DNA from: Macrostomum lignano
Taxonomy: Eukaryota
Direction: 5' to 3'
Assembly (NCBI GenBank): GCA_002269645.1
Contig: NIVC01001079.1
Location: 1-64,000 of the forward strand
DNA length: 64,000 bases
Part shown: in pieces, positions 44,024 through 56,007 of the stretch
Layout: each line of letters opens with the position of its first letter
How positions within the stretch are numbered: position 1 is the first letter of the stretch
Position numbers and translations under genes: made by a program
The notes under the pieces: model-generated
What the model was told of the DNA's origin: nothing
The model's database searches: none
Seen by the model: only the letters and a program-made list of their open reading frames with translations

Positions 44024-47000
44024 TCAGTTTGCGGCGAAATCCGGCCTAGCAACCACAGTCTCGCCCAGAGAGTCCAGAATCTCCTGCCTGTAGTCATCGA
44101 ATCCGCCGTCAATCTCTTCAACGGACTGGTTCTCCACGACCCACAGCCGGCAGTCAGTGTCGCGGATCAGCCGCTCATCGTGGCTGACAATAACAACGCC
44201 GCCTTCGAATTCGTTGATGGCCTCGGCTAGAGCGTCGATACTCTCAATGTCGAGATTGTTAGTCGGCTCGTCCAGAATGAGGATGTCGGGCGCTCGACAG
44301 GACAACAGGGCGAAGGCTACGCGAGACCGCTGGCCTCCGCTCAACAATTTCATTTTGATTTCGTGAGCATGCGATTCCAGACCGAATCGGCCAAGTGTTT
44401 TCCTGGCGTCCTGGTACTGCAGGTTGAACAGGGAGCGCAGGAATTCCACCGGGGTGGCCTCCATGTCCAGCTGGTCGCCGCTGTGCTGATCGTATTTGCC
44501 AATGCGAGCCCGATGGTTCAGTCGGCGCTCGCCTCTGGTGGGCTCCAGCTCGCCAGACAGCATCTTCAACAGGGTGGACTTGCCGACACCGTTGGGGCCG
44601 ACTATGGAGATGCGCGACTGCATGTCCACACCGAAGTTCAGGTCCACGAATAGCGGCGTCTGCGGGGGCGGTAGGGGAGGCGGTCGGCCCCAAATTAATG
44701 TGACTGCACTCGGAATCGAGCCTGGGCCGCTGTCACATCATCACAGCATCTTTATCCTATTTACAGACTGCTCCGGAGGCCGCAAACCCCGAGAAAGGAA
44801 AGGAAATTTTAGTTACCACATTAAATTTAAGTGGCATGCGCAAAAAAACTACTGATAAATGAGTAGACGCTCTACTTTTTCACACCTTTAAATGGCGAGT
44901 GACATATTAGTTATTCTAGCAGCCTCTAGTTAGCATGTGTCTTATTTACACTGGTCCACCAAGTTAGATAGTGGGCGCTTTCTGATTTTTTTAACTTCAT
45001 TCGCATCGTCTGCCTTCTCTTCCCGATTTTCTGTCTACATGTACTCAAACCCAATCTTCTCCCTACCCTTCAGTCTTCTCTACATCTCTCCCTTCTCTTC
45101 CCTACAGCTCTCCCTTCTCTTCCCTACAGCTCTCCCTTCTCTTCCCTACATCTCTCCCTTCTCTTCCCTACAATTCTCTCTTTTCTTCCCTACATTTCTC
45201 TCTTCTCTTCCCTACAATTCTCTCTTTTCTTCCCTACATTTCTCCCTTCTCTTCCCTACAGCTCTCCCTTCTCTTCCCTACAGCTCTCCCTTCTCTTCCC
45301 TACATCTCTCCCTTCTCTTCCCTACAATTCTCTCTTTTCTTCCCTACATTTCTCCCTTCTCTTCCCTACAGCTATCCCTTCTCTTCCCTACACCTCTCCC
45401 TTCTCTTCCCTACAGCTATCCCTTCTCTTCCCTACACCTCTCCCTTCTCTTCCCTACATCTCTCTCTACTCTTCCGTACACCTCTCACTTCTATTCTCTA
45501 CACCTCTCGACTCTCTTCTCTACATCTCTCCCTTCTCTTCCCTACAGCTCTCCCTTCTCTTCCCTACAGCTCTCCCTTCTCTTCCCTACAATTCTCCTTT
45601 CTCAATCCTACACATCTCTCTTCTTTTCCCTACACCTTTTCTCTCTTCCCTACACCTCTCCCTTCTCTTTCTTACTTCTCTCTGTTCTCTTCCCTACAGC
45701 TCTCCCTTCTCTTCCCTACAGCTCTCCCTTCTCTTCCCTACAATTCTCCTTTCTCATCCCTACACATCTCTCTTCTTTTCCCTACACCTTTTCTCTCTTC
45801 CCTACACCTCTCCCTTCTCTTTCTTACCTCTCTCTGTTCTCTTCCCTACAGCTCTCCCTTCTCTTCCCTACACCTCTTCCCTTTTCCTTCCTCGATCTTT
45901 TTCTTTTGACTATCTATCCACTTTTTCACTAGTAAACTAGAACTGACTACAAAACATATCGGCAGAATGGCTCTCAGCCTAATGCAAAAGAAATTCCCAG
46001 CAAAAAAGACCAACCTGATTAGGGTAGCTGAAAAACACGTCGTGCAAGCCGAGAATTGGCGGACTGAGCTCAGGCGGCTGAGGAAAGGTGAACTTGACCA
46101 CGTACTCCTTGGGCCGTTCAAGCAGCTGTTGAACTCCGGTCGCTTCACCAGCCGCGGACGAGCCGGCTTTCTGCTGCTTGCTGGCCGATTTCGCCTGCTT
46201 TCGCGTTAGCAACTCTTTCTGCTTTTTCTCCGCCTGTTTATTAGACTTTCCGGCTGCTTTCAATTCTTTCAGCTTCTTCTCCTGCTTCTCGTACTCCTTG
46301 ATCTGCTCGCGGCGCTTTTGCACAGACATTTTCTTGAAGGTGGCATAGTTGCCGCGGTAATAGAACAGCTTCTTCTGGTCCAGATGGACGATATCGGTGC
46401 ACACGTTGTCAAGGAAGCTCTGATCGTGCGACACAATCAGCAAGGTTTTCCGCCACTGTTGCAGGTAATTGTCCAGCCAGATGACCGCATTCAGGTCCAG
46501 GTGATTAGTGGGCTCGTCAAGGATTAACAGCGTAGGCTCGAGAAACAGGGCTCGAGCCAGGGACACGCGCATACGCCAGCCACCTGCGATTGCGGACGAG
46601 GATTTTCAGTGTAATTGTTAGATAAAAATTGACAGGAGCTAGCGAAATCAGAAATCAGGGAGGCTAGCGGACCAATCAGAGAATCTGAGAGGCTAGCGGA
46701 CCAATCAGAGAATCTGAGAGGCTAGCGGACCAATCAGAAAATCTGAGAGGCTAGCGGACCAATCAGAGAATCTGAGAGACTAGCGGACCAATCAGGGAGG
46801 CTAGCGGACCAATCAGAGAATCTGAGAGGCTAGCGGACCAATCAGAGAATCTGAGAGGCTAGCGGACCAATCAGAGAATCAGAGAGGCTAGCGGACCAAT
46901 CAGAGAATCTGAGAGGCTAGCGGACCAATCAGAGAATCTGAGAGGCTAGCGGACCAATCAGAGAATCTGAGAGGCTAGCGGACCAATCAGAAAATCTGAG

Positions 47001-49881
47001 AGGCTAGCGGACCAATCAGAGAATCTGAGAGACTAGCGGACCAATCAGAGAGGCTAGCGAGACCAATCAGAGAATCTGAGAGGCTAGCGGACCAATCAAA
47101 GAATCTGAGAGGCTAGCGGACCAATCAGAGAATCAGAGAGGCTAGCGGGACCAATCAGAGAGGCTAGCGAGACCAATCAGAGAATCTGAGAAGCTATCGG
47201 ACCAATCAGAGAAGATATCTAAAAACGAAACTGAGGATGGAGCAGATTCAACATCCAGAATCTGGCAGCCAGATCTCACCAGACAGAGCCCTAGTCGGGC
47301 GCTCCATCATTTCTTTAGTAAACTGCAGACCGGCTAAGATTCTCCGCGCTCGGCCCTCGGCCGAATAGGCGCCAATCGCTTGCAGCTCAGCCGACACCTC
47401 CTGCAGCCGGTGAACCTCAGTCTCGGTGCATTTTCCCCGCTCCATTGTCTTCTTCAGCTGAGCCTCCTCCTCAAGCAGGGCCAGTCGCTTCTTGTCCGAC
47501 TCGATGACCACAGTCAGGGCCGGGGTCTCGTCAGCCTGGACGTCCTGCTCGCACAACAGCACATCGATGCCGCGTGGGATTCGCAGCGCCCTGGAGGCGA
47601 TGTGGCGCAATAGGGTGGTCTTGCCGTGACCATTGGGCCCGACAAGGCCGTAGCGCCGGCCGGCGGTGATGTGGAGGTTGGCGTTGACAAACAGCGGCTT
47701 GCCGCCGGCCGAGATGGAGAAATCTTCAACCTTGATGTCCGTCTGGGAGTCCAGGATTTCGTCCTTGATGTTGCGCTCCGCCTGGGACAGGGCAAACTGA
47801 CCGATGCCGCCTTTGGAGGTCTCTGCTTGGTTCAGCTCGGCCTGGAGGGCGATTGGGATCTCTGAGTAGTGATTGGGATCTCTGAGTAGTGATTGGGATC
47901 TCTGAGTAGTGATTGGGATCTCTGAGTAGTGATTGGGATCTCTGAGTAGTGATGGGGATCTCTGAGTAGTGATGGGGATCTCTGAGTAGTGATGGGGATC
48001 TCTGAGTAGTGATGGGGATCTCTGAGTAGTGATGGGGATCTCTGAGTAGTGATGGGGATCTCTGAGTAGTGATGGGGATCTCTGAGTAGTGATGGGGATC
48101 TCTGAGTAGTGATGGGGATCTCTGAGTAGTGATGGGATCTCTATGTACTTATCGGGATCTCTGAGTAGTGATGGGGATCCCTGAGTAGTGATGGGATCTC
48201 TATGTACTTATCGGGATCTCTGAGTAGTGATGGGGATCTCTGAGCAGTGATGGGATCTTTGCGTAGTGATGGGATCTTTGCGTAGTGATGGGGATCTCCG
48301 AGTAATTATGTAGATTTCTTGAGTAGTGATGGGATCTTTGCGTAGTGATGGGGATCTCCGAGTAATTATGTAGATTTCTTGAGTAGTGATGGGATCTTTG
48401 CGTAGTGATGGGGATCTCCGAGTAATTATGTAGATTTCTTGAGTAGTGATAGGATCTCTGGGTAATTATGGGGATCTCTTAAGTAATGATGGGATCGCTG
48501 TGTACTTATGGGGATTTCTGAGTAGTGGGGAATTGAAATTCTTAAGCACTGTGTGATCAGTAATCTTGACACGTTGAGGATTTGACTTTTTTAGCAGCAC
48601 TATAGATTTGTTCTGGTGGTAGAAACCCACCTGCATTTTCTCCAGCTCCAGCTTCTTTAAATATTTGGCCAGGTCTTTCTTAGTCATACGCGATCGTTTC
48701 TCCTGCTCCAGTCGCTCCTCTTCAGCAAGGCGCTTCTGCCGCTCTTCATCCGAGTCGTACATGGCCTCCTCTTCTTCTGCGGCCTTCTGCTCAGCCAGCT
48801 CCTTGGCTTTAGCGGCCGCCGCCGCTGCAGTGGCTGCCGCTACAGCTTTCTCAGCGGCAGCGGCCAGCTTCTCAGCTTCATCGCTACCTTCCGCAGCGGA
48901 TTGCTGCTTCTGCTCTTGACCAGCTCCAGCTGGCATCAATTTCGACGCTTTGGGATCGTCTTCCTCATCTAGCCAGGCCATCGACTTGGAAAATTTGCCG
49001 CCTTGCTTTTTACCTTTTTTAGCTTCCGGTTCAGCTTCCGGTTTAGCTTCCGGTTTAGCTTCCGGTTTGGCTTCCGGTTTGGCTTCCGGTGGTTTAGATT
49101 CTGATTTCGAATTTTTATTATTCTTTACTTTCTTCACTTTCTGAGGCTCAGCTTCCTTGTCGCTCATGTCCTCATCGCTAGCTTCCTCATCATCATCAGC
49201 TCCATCCTCAACATCCAGCATAGCGAAAGCATTAACAGGCTTTTTAACTGGCTGGCTCTTCTTATTTTGCTTCTGTTGCAACTCGTCCTCTTCAGAATCT
49301 TGAGATTCTGGCGCAGCAGCTTTGCTATTTTTTGTTTTACCGCCGCCTTTCTTCTGCTTTGCTGACTTTTTGTTGCCAGCCAGATCTGCTTTGAACTCGT
49401 CGTCAGAATCTGCAACAGTCAGCGCTTTCAATTTTCCTGTTAGCTCAGCCTCGCGCCTATTAAAGAACTCTTCGTCATCGTCGATGGCACCTTTTTTACC
49501 GGCTCCTTTTCTCTGCTGCTGTTTCTTATTACTGGCAACTGGAACTGCAGACTCTTCGTCAGAGTCCTGGCCGCCACCTTTTTTCTTTCCGCCGCGTTTA
49601 GCCTCGCCATTATCGCTAGGCTGGGCCTTCTTCTGCTGCTTTTTCTTATTTCCGCTTTCAATGTCGGAGTCGTCGCCGGAATCTGGGCCACCTTTACCGG
49701 CTTTGCCGCCAGTCTTATTAGCCTTGGGTTTCCCTCCGCCGGATTTCTTCGACTTATTATTGGCGGCGTCGCCATCATCTGGCTCGGCGGACTTCAACTT
49801 GGCGCTGAGATTGGCTTCGCGCTTATCGAAATGATCATCATCGTCTGCGCCTTTCTTTTTCGCGTTACGTTTCGGCGGCAT
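44024..49881 (-). CDS. ABCF1: ATP-binding cassette subfamily F member 1 (ABC50), 4 coding exons, ~1005 aa
   Basis: Exons 49881-48631, 47841-47280, 46583-46015, 44659-44024; K/D/E-rich N-terminus; [34 protein letters not shown]; [27 protein letters not shown]; no TM helices. Confidence 0.95.
44688..44732 (-). repeat. Dispersed ~45-bp SINE-like fragment, copy B
   Basis: Reverse complement of 16899-16944. Confidence 0.6.
45060..45890. repeat. ~22-bp pyrimidine-rich minisatellite in ABCF1 intron 3
   Basis: cccttctcttccctacagctct units. Confidence 0.9.
46640..47215. repeat. 29-bp CCAAT-box minisatellite in ABCF1 intron 2
   Basis: GACCAATCAGAGAATCTGAGAGGCTAGCG, about 20 units. Confidence 0.93.
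47850..48530. repeat. 20-bp minisatellite in ABCF1 intron 1 (GATGGGGATCTCTGAGTAGT)
   Basis: Homogeneous 5' part, then a ~60-bp higher-order unit. Confidence 0.92.
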
Positions 49882-50155
49882 GCTGGAAGCAGCGTGCGAG
49901 TAAACAGGGGACATCTGGTTAGCTCTAGTTAGCTTGGTTTGATTACTAAGGGGGCTGTGGATGTACATTGAGTGCACATGCCTAAAAATTAGAAATTCAG
50001 GGCCGCTTAGGCTCAGGGCCCTGCGTGAGCCGCGTGTGTAGTCAGCGGAGTAGGCTATGGGCAGAATTGCTTCACCACTGGCTATGGGACGATGTCGCCG
50101 AAGACGTTGAGCCAAAGTGCCCTCAACCCTCCTTTCCTATATACTTACTAATATG

Positions 50156-50402
50156 CAATAATAATAATAATTATTATTGATTACATCTGCCCCACTTGGA
50201 GCAATTGGGGCAGATGTGCAACCGACAGCTCAGCCGCAGCTAATGCTGGCACCCATTTTACAGCTGGGTGAAACCAAAGCAATGTAGTCTATGTAGAGTA
50301 AAGTGTCTTGCTTAAGGACACAAATTATTCCAGTGGAATTGGGAACGAACCCCCGACCTTCAAGTCGTGAGTCCGACGCTCTGACCACTAGGCTACAACC
50401 CC
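50156..50402 (-). mobile_element. tRNA-derived SINE with CORE-like body
   Basis: Minus strand: A box TAGCCTAGTGG, B-box-like GGTTCGTTCCC, body TGTGTCCTTAAGCAAGACACTTTAC...CTGTAAAATGGG, 3' hairpin, (ATT)n tail. Confidence 0.8.
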
Positions 50403-53336
50403 ATGCGGAATTTTTTTAATATACAAAGAGCAATCATAGTAATTAGAAAACAAAAGTTAAAAATTATGACTAAACGGTTCAAAAATTCTTGTAAGAATTG
50501 CGGAAGAGAAAATTGCTAAGCAAACTGTACTCTGCACAAACAATTATGCAAATTATTTTACCCCATATTAGAAGGGCATGCAAATACATTACATCAAATA
50601 GCAATTTAGCTTAATTCAATCTAAGCATTACCCTGATTAATAACAGAAGTCAGCTGAAATTTCACTACTTAAACCAATTATACGGAGACTTGATGCGAAG
50701 ATTCCGCAATGGTGAAGCCATATAATTGTTAGCCCAAAGAAATACATGCAGTTCTACAATGTCACAAAGTCAGGCGCAGTCAGGGTAGGTAAATTATTTA
50801 ACCCTGAATTAGTAATTACAGCTCTAGAGAAAAGCCGATCTATCGTATTAGTGAAGGGATTGCATTACCCTAACTTATCAGAATCGGTACATAAGGCACA
50901 GAGTAAGCAGTTATTGGCTACACCAATACACATTTTCCATGCGATGTATTAATTCTAAAAAAAGACTAGCTAAAGTTACATGGCGCCAAGTCGGCTTAGT
51001 GGCTGGTGCACTGCCCGGTAACTTAAATAAACACAACTGTGCCTTGATTGACTGACTGTCGGACCATTTTGCACTGTTCAAACGCTTAAAGCTTTCCAAC
51101 ACGAAATTTCCAAGTGGAAATTTTGGTTTCGTGGTCTGACTTGGATTATTCTAAAAGTACATTAGCTACGGGTCATGCGTACCTAAACGCTAATACATAA
51201 GACAGCACGCACTCTACTCTTGTCCCAACTCTGATGCTCGAGATAATAAAGTAGCTTTAAGCTACAGTGCGGATCGATAGGAAAGAAAAAATGAGATGGG
51301 ATAGACACGCTATACAGCTGTTGGACTCATACAGTAAAGCAGAGAGACGCTAAGCCGCGCATATATTTTATAAATTTAATTTATGCTTTAGATAGCAGTT
51401 AGCAGGCCTAAAGCTTGAGCAAATACAAACTACTCAAGTACAAGCAACGTTAAACTGATTTCGCCAAATTTTACTGTGCCAATGCTAATAAAAATCGCAT
51501 TACTCATCTGCTCTTAGTCCTAGTGTTGACACGCCTAATCCAATTTACTATATATTTTTTGCAATGTCGCATTCGTCCGATTTCGACGCAGCAAAAAAGC
51601 CATTCATATTTCCTTCCGCCTTTCCAAGCCTAAAAGTAAAACATATACACTGTGGAGCCATGCAGTGCTGCGCGCGGCCTCTGGCCAACATCGAATTGTT
51701 GACAAAGGCAAGCAACAAAAAATGCCTACACGCCCAATATAAGATAAGGCCAAGATTCGAAGTTCTAAAGACAGCGAGGAACTCGCGGGAACTCGAATCG
51801 CAGATTGGCACGAAGTTAAGGCTCGACCCAAAGTTAGCAGTCAAAGCAAACTGTCGCAGAGTTAGGGGGAAAGCGCTGCACACTGGGTACACTGGGTCCG
51901 GGGAGCAAGCAATCCAGCAAGCAGCAAATGATCAACGCTTCAGCCGCTGGCCTCAGACTGGGACAGTTAATCTTAAACTGCCCTTCTCTCGGGATATATG
52001 CGACACAAATGCAAGTTATTTATACTCGGCAGAGGACGTTTTGCTCGCTTTCTCTTTCGCTCCCTCGGGAAAAGAGGAGAGTCAGGACTCAGGAGCTTCA
52101 TTGGAGTTGGGAGCTAAACCGCTATATAGGCCAGTAAGACAGGACTGCTTGCGCATTACTGAAGAGAACAAGGGCATAGAAAGGCTGAGAACACTAGAAC
52201 TAGAAAGCAAGCAGACGGGAAGTTAAGAGAGAAGAAGGGGGAGAGAGACCAAGGCATGCGCTTTGGATTTCTCCGCCCAAAAGCCGCCGCTACTGCCTTC
52301 CCAATGCCGTTTCCACTAAAATAGGAAGAGAATCCGTGCCCGACCACGGTCACGGAAAGAGAGAAAAAGGAGAGCACTGGGGTAGAAAAAGAGAAATACC
52401 TACGAATAGACTTGGCTAGACAGGTTAGAAGGGGAAGCTGCGGCAAGCGGCGCCAAAAACTTGGCGGGAAATATCGAGAACGGATGGATAGGACTAAAGG
52501 AAATTAGATGGCAAAACGAGCCAGTCTGAGGGGACTCCCCACACAAGCATGCAGCACTGGAGAAGGAAACAGAGAACTGTTGAAGGAAGGCTGCATAGGG
52601 TGGGATCAGCGACTGCGCACACGCACATCGTGGGTCCATGTGGGTGGGCGGTCTGGGGTGGAGAGATGAGAGAGAGGGACTTGTACGTTTGAACCAACCA
52701 ACCCCTACGGCCTAAGCACAGCCAAGCCTTGCAGCCATTCCCCAACTAGGCCAGAATTTGCATGCAAGCAAGCGACGAAAAGCGGTAGGCAACCCATTGC
52801 ACAGGGGCAGCCACTGTTGGGCTTAGCAATAGCATTATACACATACACAAAAAGCTATATATAAAAGATATATAAAAGCATGCGCAAAAGCCTATTATAA
52901 TCAAGTGTGCGCAGTGGGACGTGTGCGCAAGATTCAGAGTAAATAAAAGACGGGGTGCGGCTCGCAGCGCGTGACCTCGAGAGTCCACCTCAACTTAGTG
53001 AGTATCCTAAGTATTACACTTATGAGAGAGAAAAAAGCAGCAAGGCGCATCAGTTGTCTCCGCCCTGACCCCTATGCTGTCCAGCCCGTCACGCCATTTG
53101 TCTAACAGAAACAGGACGGGGCAGAACAGACTATCCAATACGCGCAGCGACTCTCAGGCTTGAAGCATATAATACATTACCAAGAGGCAACCAGAGCAGA
53201 AAAGATATCAGACAATTAAATAATAATCGTTGCAGACTACGAACACAGCAGCAAGACACATGAACGCCTAAACAGCCAAGAGCCAAGTGAGACCATATCG
53301 AAGGGTTTCTACTGTCTTCATGTGTGGCTGGTTGTC

Positions 53337-55085
53337 ATGACAACAGCCAGGTCACAGACGCAGCAACAACGCGTTAAGCTGCGCAATGGTGCAACAACCT
53401 ACGACCTTGGTCAGTGCCTCGGTCGCGGTGGCTTCGGCATCTGCTACGAGGCCATCGAGCGAAGGTATGCAAGTTGCTGCCGTCGTGGTGGCGACGCAAC
53501 TGATGGCCAAGAAGCGGAAGAAAGCGATGTAGTAGTATCTGAGAGAACAGTCGCCATTAAACGAGTCTGCATGCAACAGGTGCGACAGGCATCAAAGGAG
53601 CCGCATCTATGGTACGAGATAGGGCTGCACAGTCAGTTAAGGCACCGCAACGTGGTGGAGCTAATCGACCACTTTGTATTTGAGGAAAATGTTTACTTTG
53701 TGCTGGAGTACTGCAACAATCGATCTCTGGCGGATATTGTTCATAACGTTAAAAGCCTGCCGCTGGAACTTGCTGCCTATTATTTTAAACAGCTAATAGA
53801 TGGCCTGCAATATCTTCACGATAACAGCGTCTTTCATAGGGATCTGAAGCTGAGCAACATTCTGGTTGGTGCAGATGACACTGTTAAGATTACAGACTTT
53901 GGGCTGGCGTGCACATTTACAAGGGCTTATTTGGAACGCCACATTGCCTGCGGCACGCCCAACTATCTTAGCCCAGAGGTTCTACTAAGACAGGGTCACA
54001 CAACCAAAAGCGACATCTGGTCATGCGGCGTAATACTCTATGCCATGTTCGGCGGTGTGCCACCATTTCAGACAGAAACTATAACTGCAATCTACAATAA
54101 TATTGTTAACTGCAGCTACACTTTCTCAAGCCGCTATCATACTGACGAAAATCAAAAAGATCTTATAGCTCAAATTCTACAGTTGGACAGCAACGAAAGA
54201 CCTAGTCTAGGACAGATCGCTGGACACCCATTCTGTCAGTATGCCACGACTTACAAGGCCCTATTGAGCAAGGAGAGCAACAGAGCAGCCAGTTGCATTG
54301 GTCTTCGTCGCTCTAAAAGTATGCGAAACTTATCAAAAAGCCTTTCGAACCTGTTCTCCAAGCAATCAAGAACCGACCTGCGAAAGTCCACTGAAAAGCT
54401 ATTCAATCGGCATGTTGCGTTGCCGCTATCGAAAAGTCTGACAGTGGTAGATCTGAGAATAGTGCGCACTACACAGTTAATTGACTACTTTCGCGGAGAG
54501 CTAGCCTGGCAGAAGCGAGTGACAGAATTTAGCAGCGAGTGGATAACTTGGTGGCGAGACTGTTCAAACGTATGCGGTCTGTACTACCAGCTCTCCAATG
54601 GTTTCAACTGCGCGCTGTACAATGATCAGACTGGTTGCTTAAGATCAACGCGAACTGGGCGCTATTACTTTGTCAATTTAAAAGCGCAGCGTCAACTTTT
54701 CCACGAAACGCAAGCAGAGTCGGCAGAGAGATTCTTCCAACCGCTAGTGAAAGACATTGATGAGGCCTTTAAAAATGTAAAAACTAATAGCAAATTGCAG
54801 GAGCAGCTGAGCTGGGTTAGTCAAAGCCGAAGCACCGGGACGCCAAACTACCTAGTGAACTGGAGGAATTTCTCCAACGGCTACTATCACGTGTTTCACA
54901 TGCGCGATCAATCGGTACAAGTGAACTTTGCCGACTGGTTCATACTACGCATTTGCGGCCAGCTTTGCTATTTTTATCAGCCAGCAAAAAAAGGCTTTGT
55001 AGTCGAAACGGCCGACTTTCAGGCTTGGTGTTCGCAAGATCACAATGCGGAACTAGTTGAAGTGTTGTGCAGCATTTTCCTGTGA
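53337..55085 (+). CDS. PLK: Intronless divergent Polo-like kinase (kinase domain plus two polo boxes)
   Basis: LGRGGFGICYE, VAIK, HRDLKLSNILV, DFGLA, CGTPNYLSPE; PB1-like WITWWRDCSNVCGLYYQLSNG..ALYND; PB2-like HMRDQSVQVNF; AATAAA at ~55576. Confidence 0.88.
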   Translation: MTTARSQTQQQRVKLRNGATTYDLGQCLGRGGFGICYEAIERRYASCCRRGGDATDGQEAEESDVVVSERTVAIKRVCMQQVRQASKEPHLWYEIGLHSQLRHRNVVELIDHFVFEENVYFVLEYCNNRSLADIVHNVKSLPLELAAYYFKQLIDGLQYLHDNSVFHRDLKLSNILVGADDTVKITDFGLACTFTRAYLERHIACGTPNYLSPEVLLRQGHTTKSDIWSCGVILYAMFGGVPPFQTETITAIYNNIVNCSYTFSSRYHTDENQKDLIAQILQLDSNERPSLGQIAGHPFCQYATTYKALLSKESNRAASCIGLRRSKSMRNLSKSLSNLFSKQSRTDLRKSTEKLFNRHVALPLSKSLTVVDLRIVRTTQLIDYFRGELAWQKRVTEFSSEWITWWRDCSNVCGLYYQLSNGFNCALYNDQTGCLRSTRTGRYYFVNLKAQRQLFHETQAESAERFFQPLVKDIDEAFKNVKTNSKLQEQLSWVSQSRSTGTPNYLVNWRNFSNGYYHVFHMRDQSVQVNFADWFILRICGQLCYFYQPAKKGFVVETADFQAWCSQDHNAELVEVLCSIFL

Positions 55086-55951
55086 CACCTGCTATCTATA
55101 TGCTGACTAAAATTAGATAAAGCCGACATTATACCAATGCAATTTGGTTGATAATGTCTTCTCTAGTTAATCAGTCATATTGATTTATAATTTCTTGATT
55201 TCCCTAGATATCATCTTGATGGTGCCCATAAAGCTACTACTTTGTACTCAAAGAAACTCAAATTAACTACTTTGTACTCAATATAATCAATGCACGAGTT
55301 TGCCTTGAAGGCACAAACTTTTTACAATAATAACTTAGAGCACAGTATGCTCATCCCTATTATCCTTCGTGATGTCACTACAGCCCAAAAACATTGTAGG
55401 ATTGTAGGCCTGCAACAACCTGCAGCAGCTGCTGTACAATACAGCTTGTATTACACAATGTCACTGACTACTTCCCGACTACTAAATAGAAGTGCTTATT
55501 CAATCAATTCTTACAGTTCTACTCCTGTAATTTATTAAACCTAATGCTTTCATTTTTGTAATTACTTGAACTGAAATAAATGCAAAGCGCACAACAAATA
55601 CACTATTTTAGATTTCCAATAGGAATAAACGAATAACAGTAAATACAATCAGACATGTGGAGCCATTTTTTCAAAAGAGCAAAATTATACCTGCTAATGA
55701 AAATATGCATCTACTACTACTAATTCCAGTAAGTAGCAAGCTAAAGCCTTAACCAAGCTGTAAGTGTCTAAGTGAAATTATATTTATGGTTCTTATTTAT
55801 TTTCTTATTGGGGGCAAGAGGATTCATACATGCGCAACCTCCAAAATTCGGTCGGCCGTGCGACTTAGTTTTAACAAAAATGCGACGTAGTTTTTGGCCA
55901 AAAATGCGACTTACATGTAAAAAAACTCGAAAGCAAAATTAACGCAACTTT

Positions 55952-56007
55952 GGGTAAACGGCAGGAGTAACTATGACTGTATTATAAAGCCTCGTCAGCT
56001 ACTTAGT
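55952..56007 (+). repeat. Degenerate 28S rRNA helix-69/70 fragment, copy 2
   Basis: gggtaaacggcaggagtaactatgact (26/27 to the LSU consensus), then gcctcgtcagctacttagt. Confidence 0.8.

Noticed and set aside
48466-50115. Full 549-aa ORF as given
   Set aside because: Its 5' part precedes the AG|C ATG of MPPKR, and its 3' part reads through the 48630 donor into an intronic repeat.
51564-52226. 220-aa ORF upstream of the PLK
   Set aside because: Non-ATG start, no recognisable domain or splice structure; may be TE-derived.
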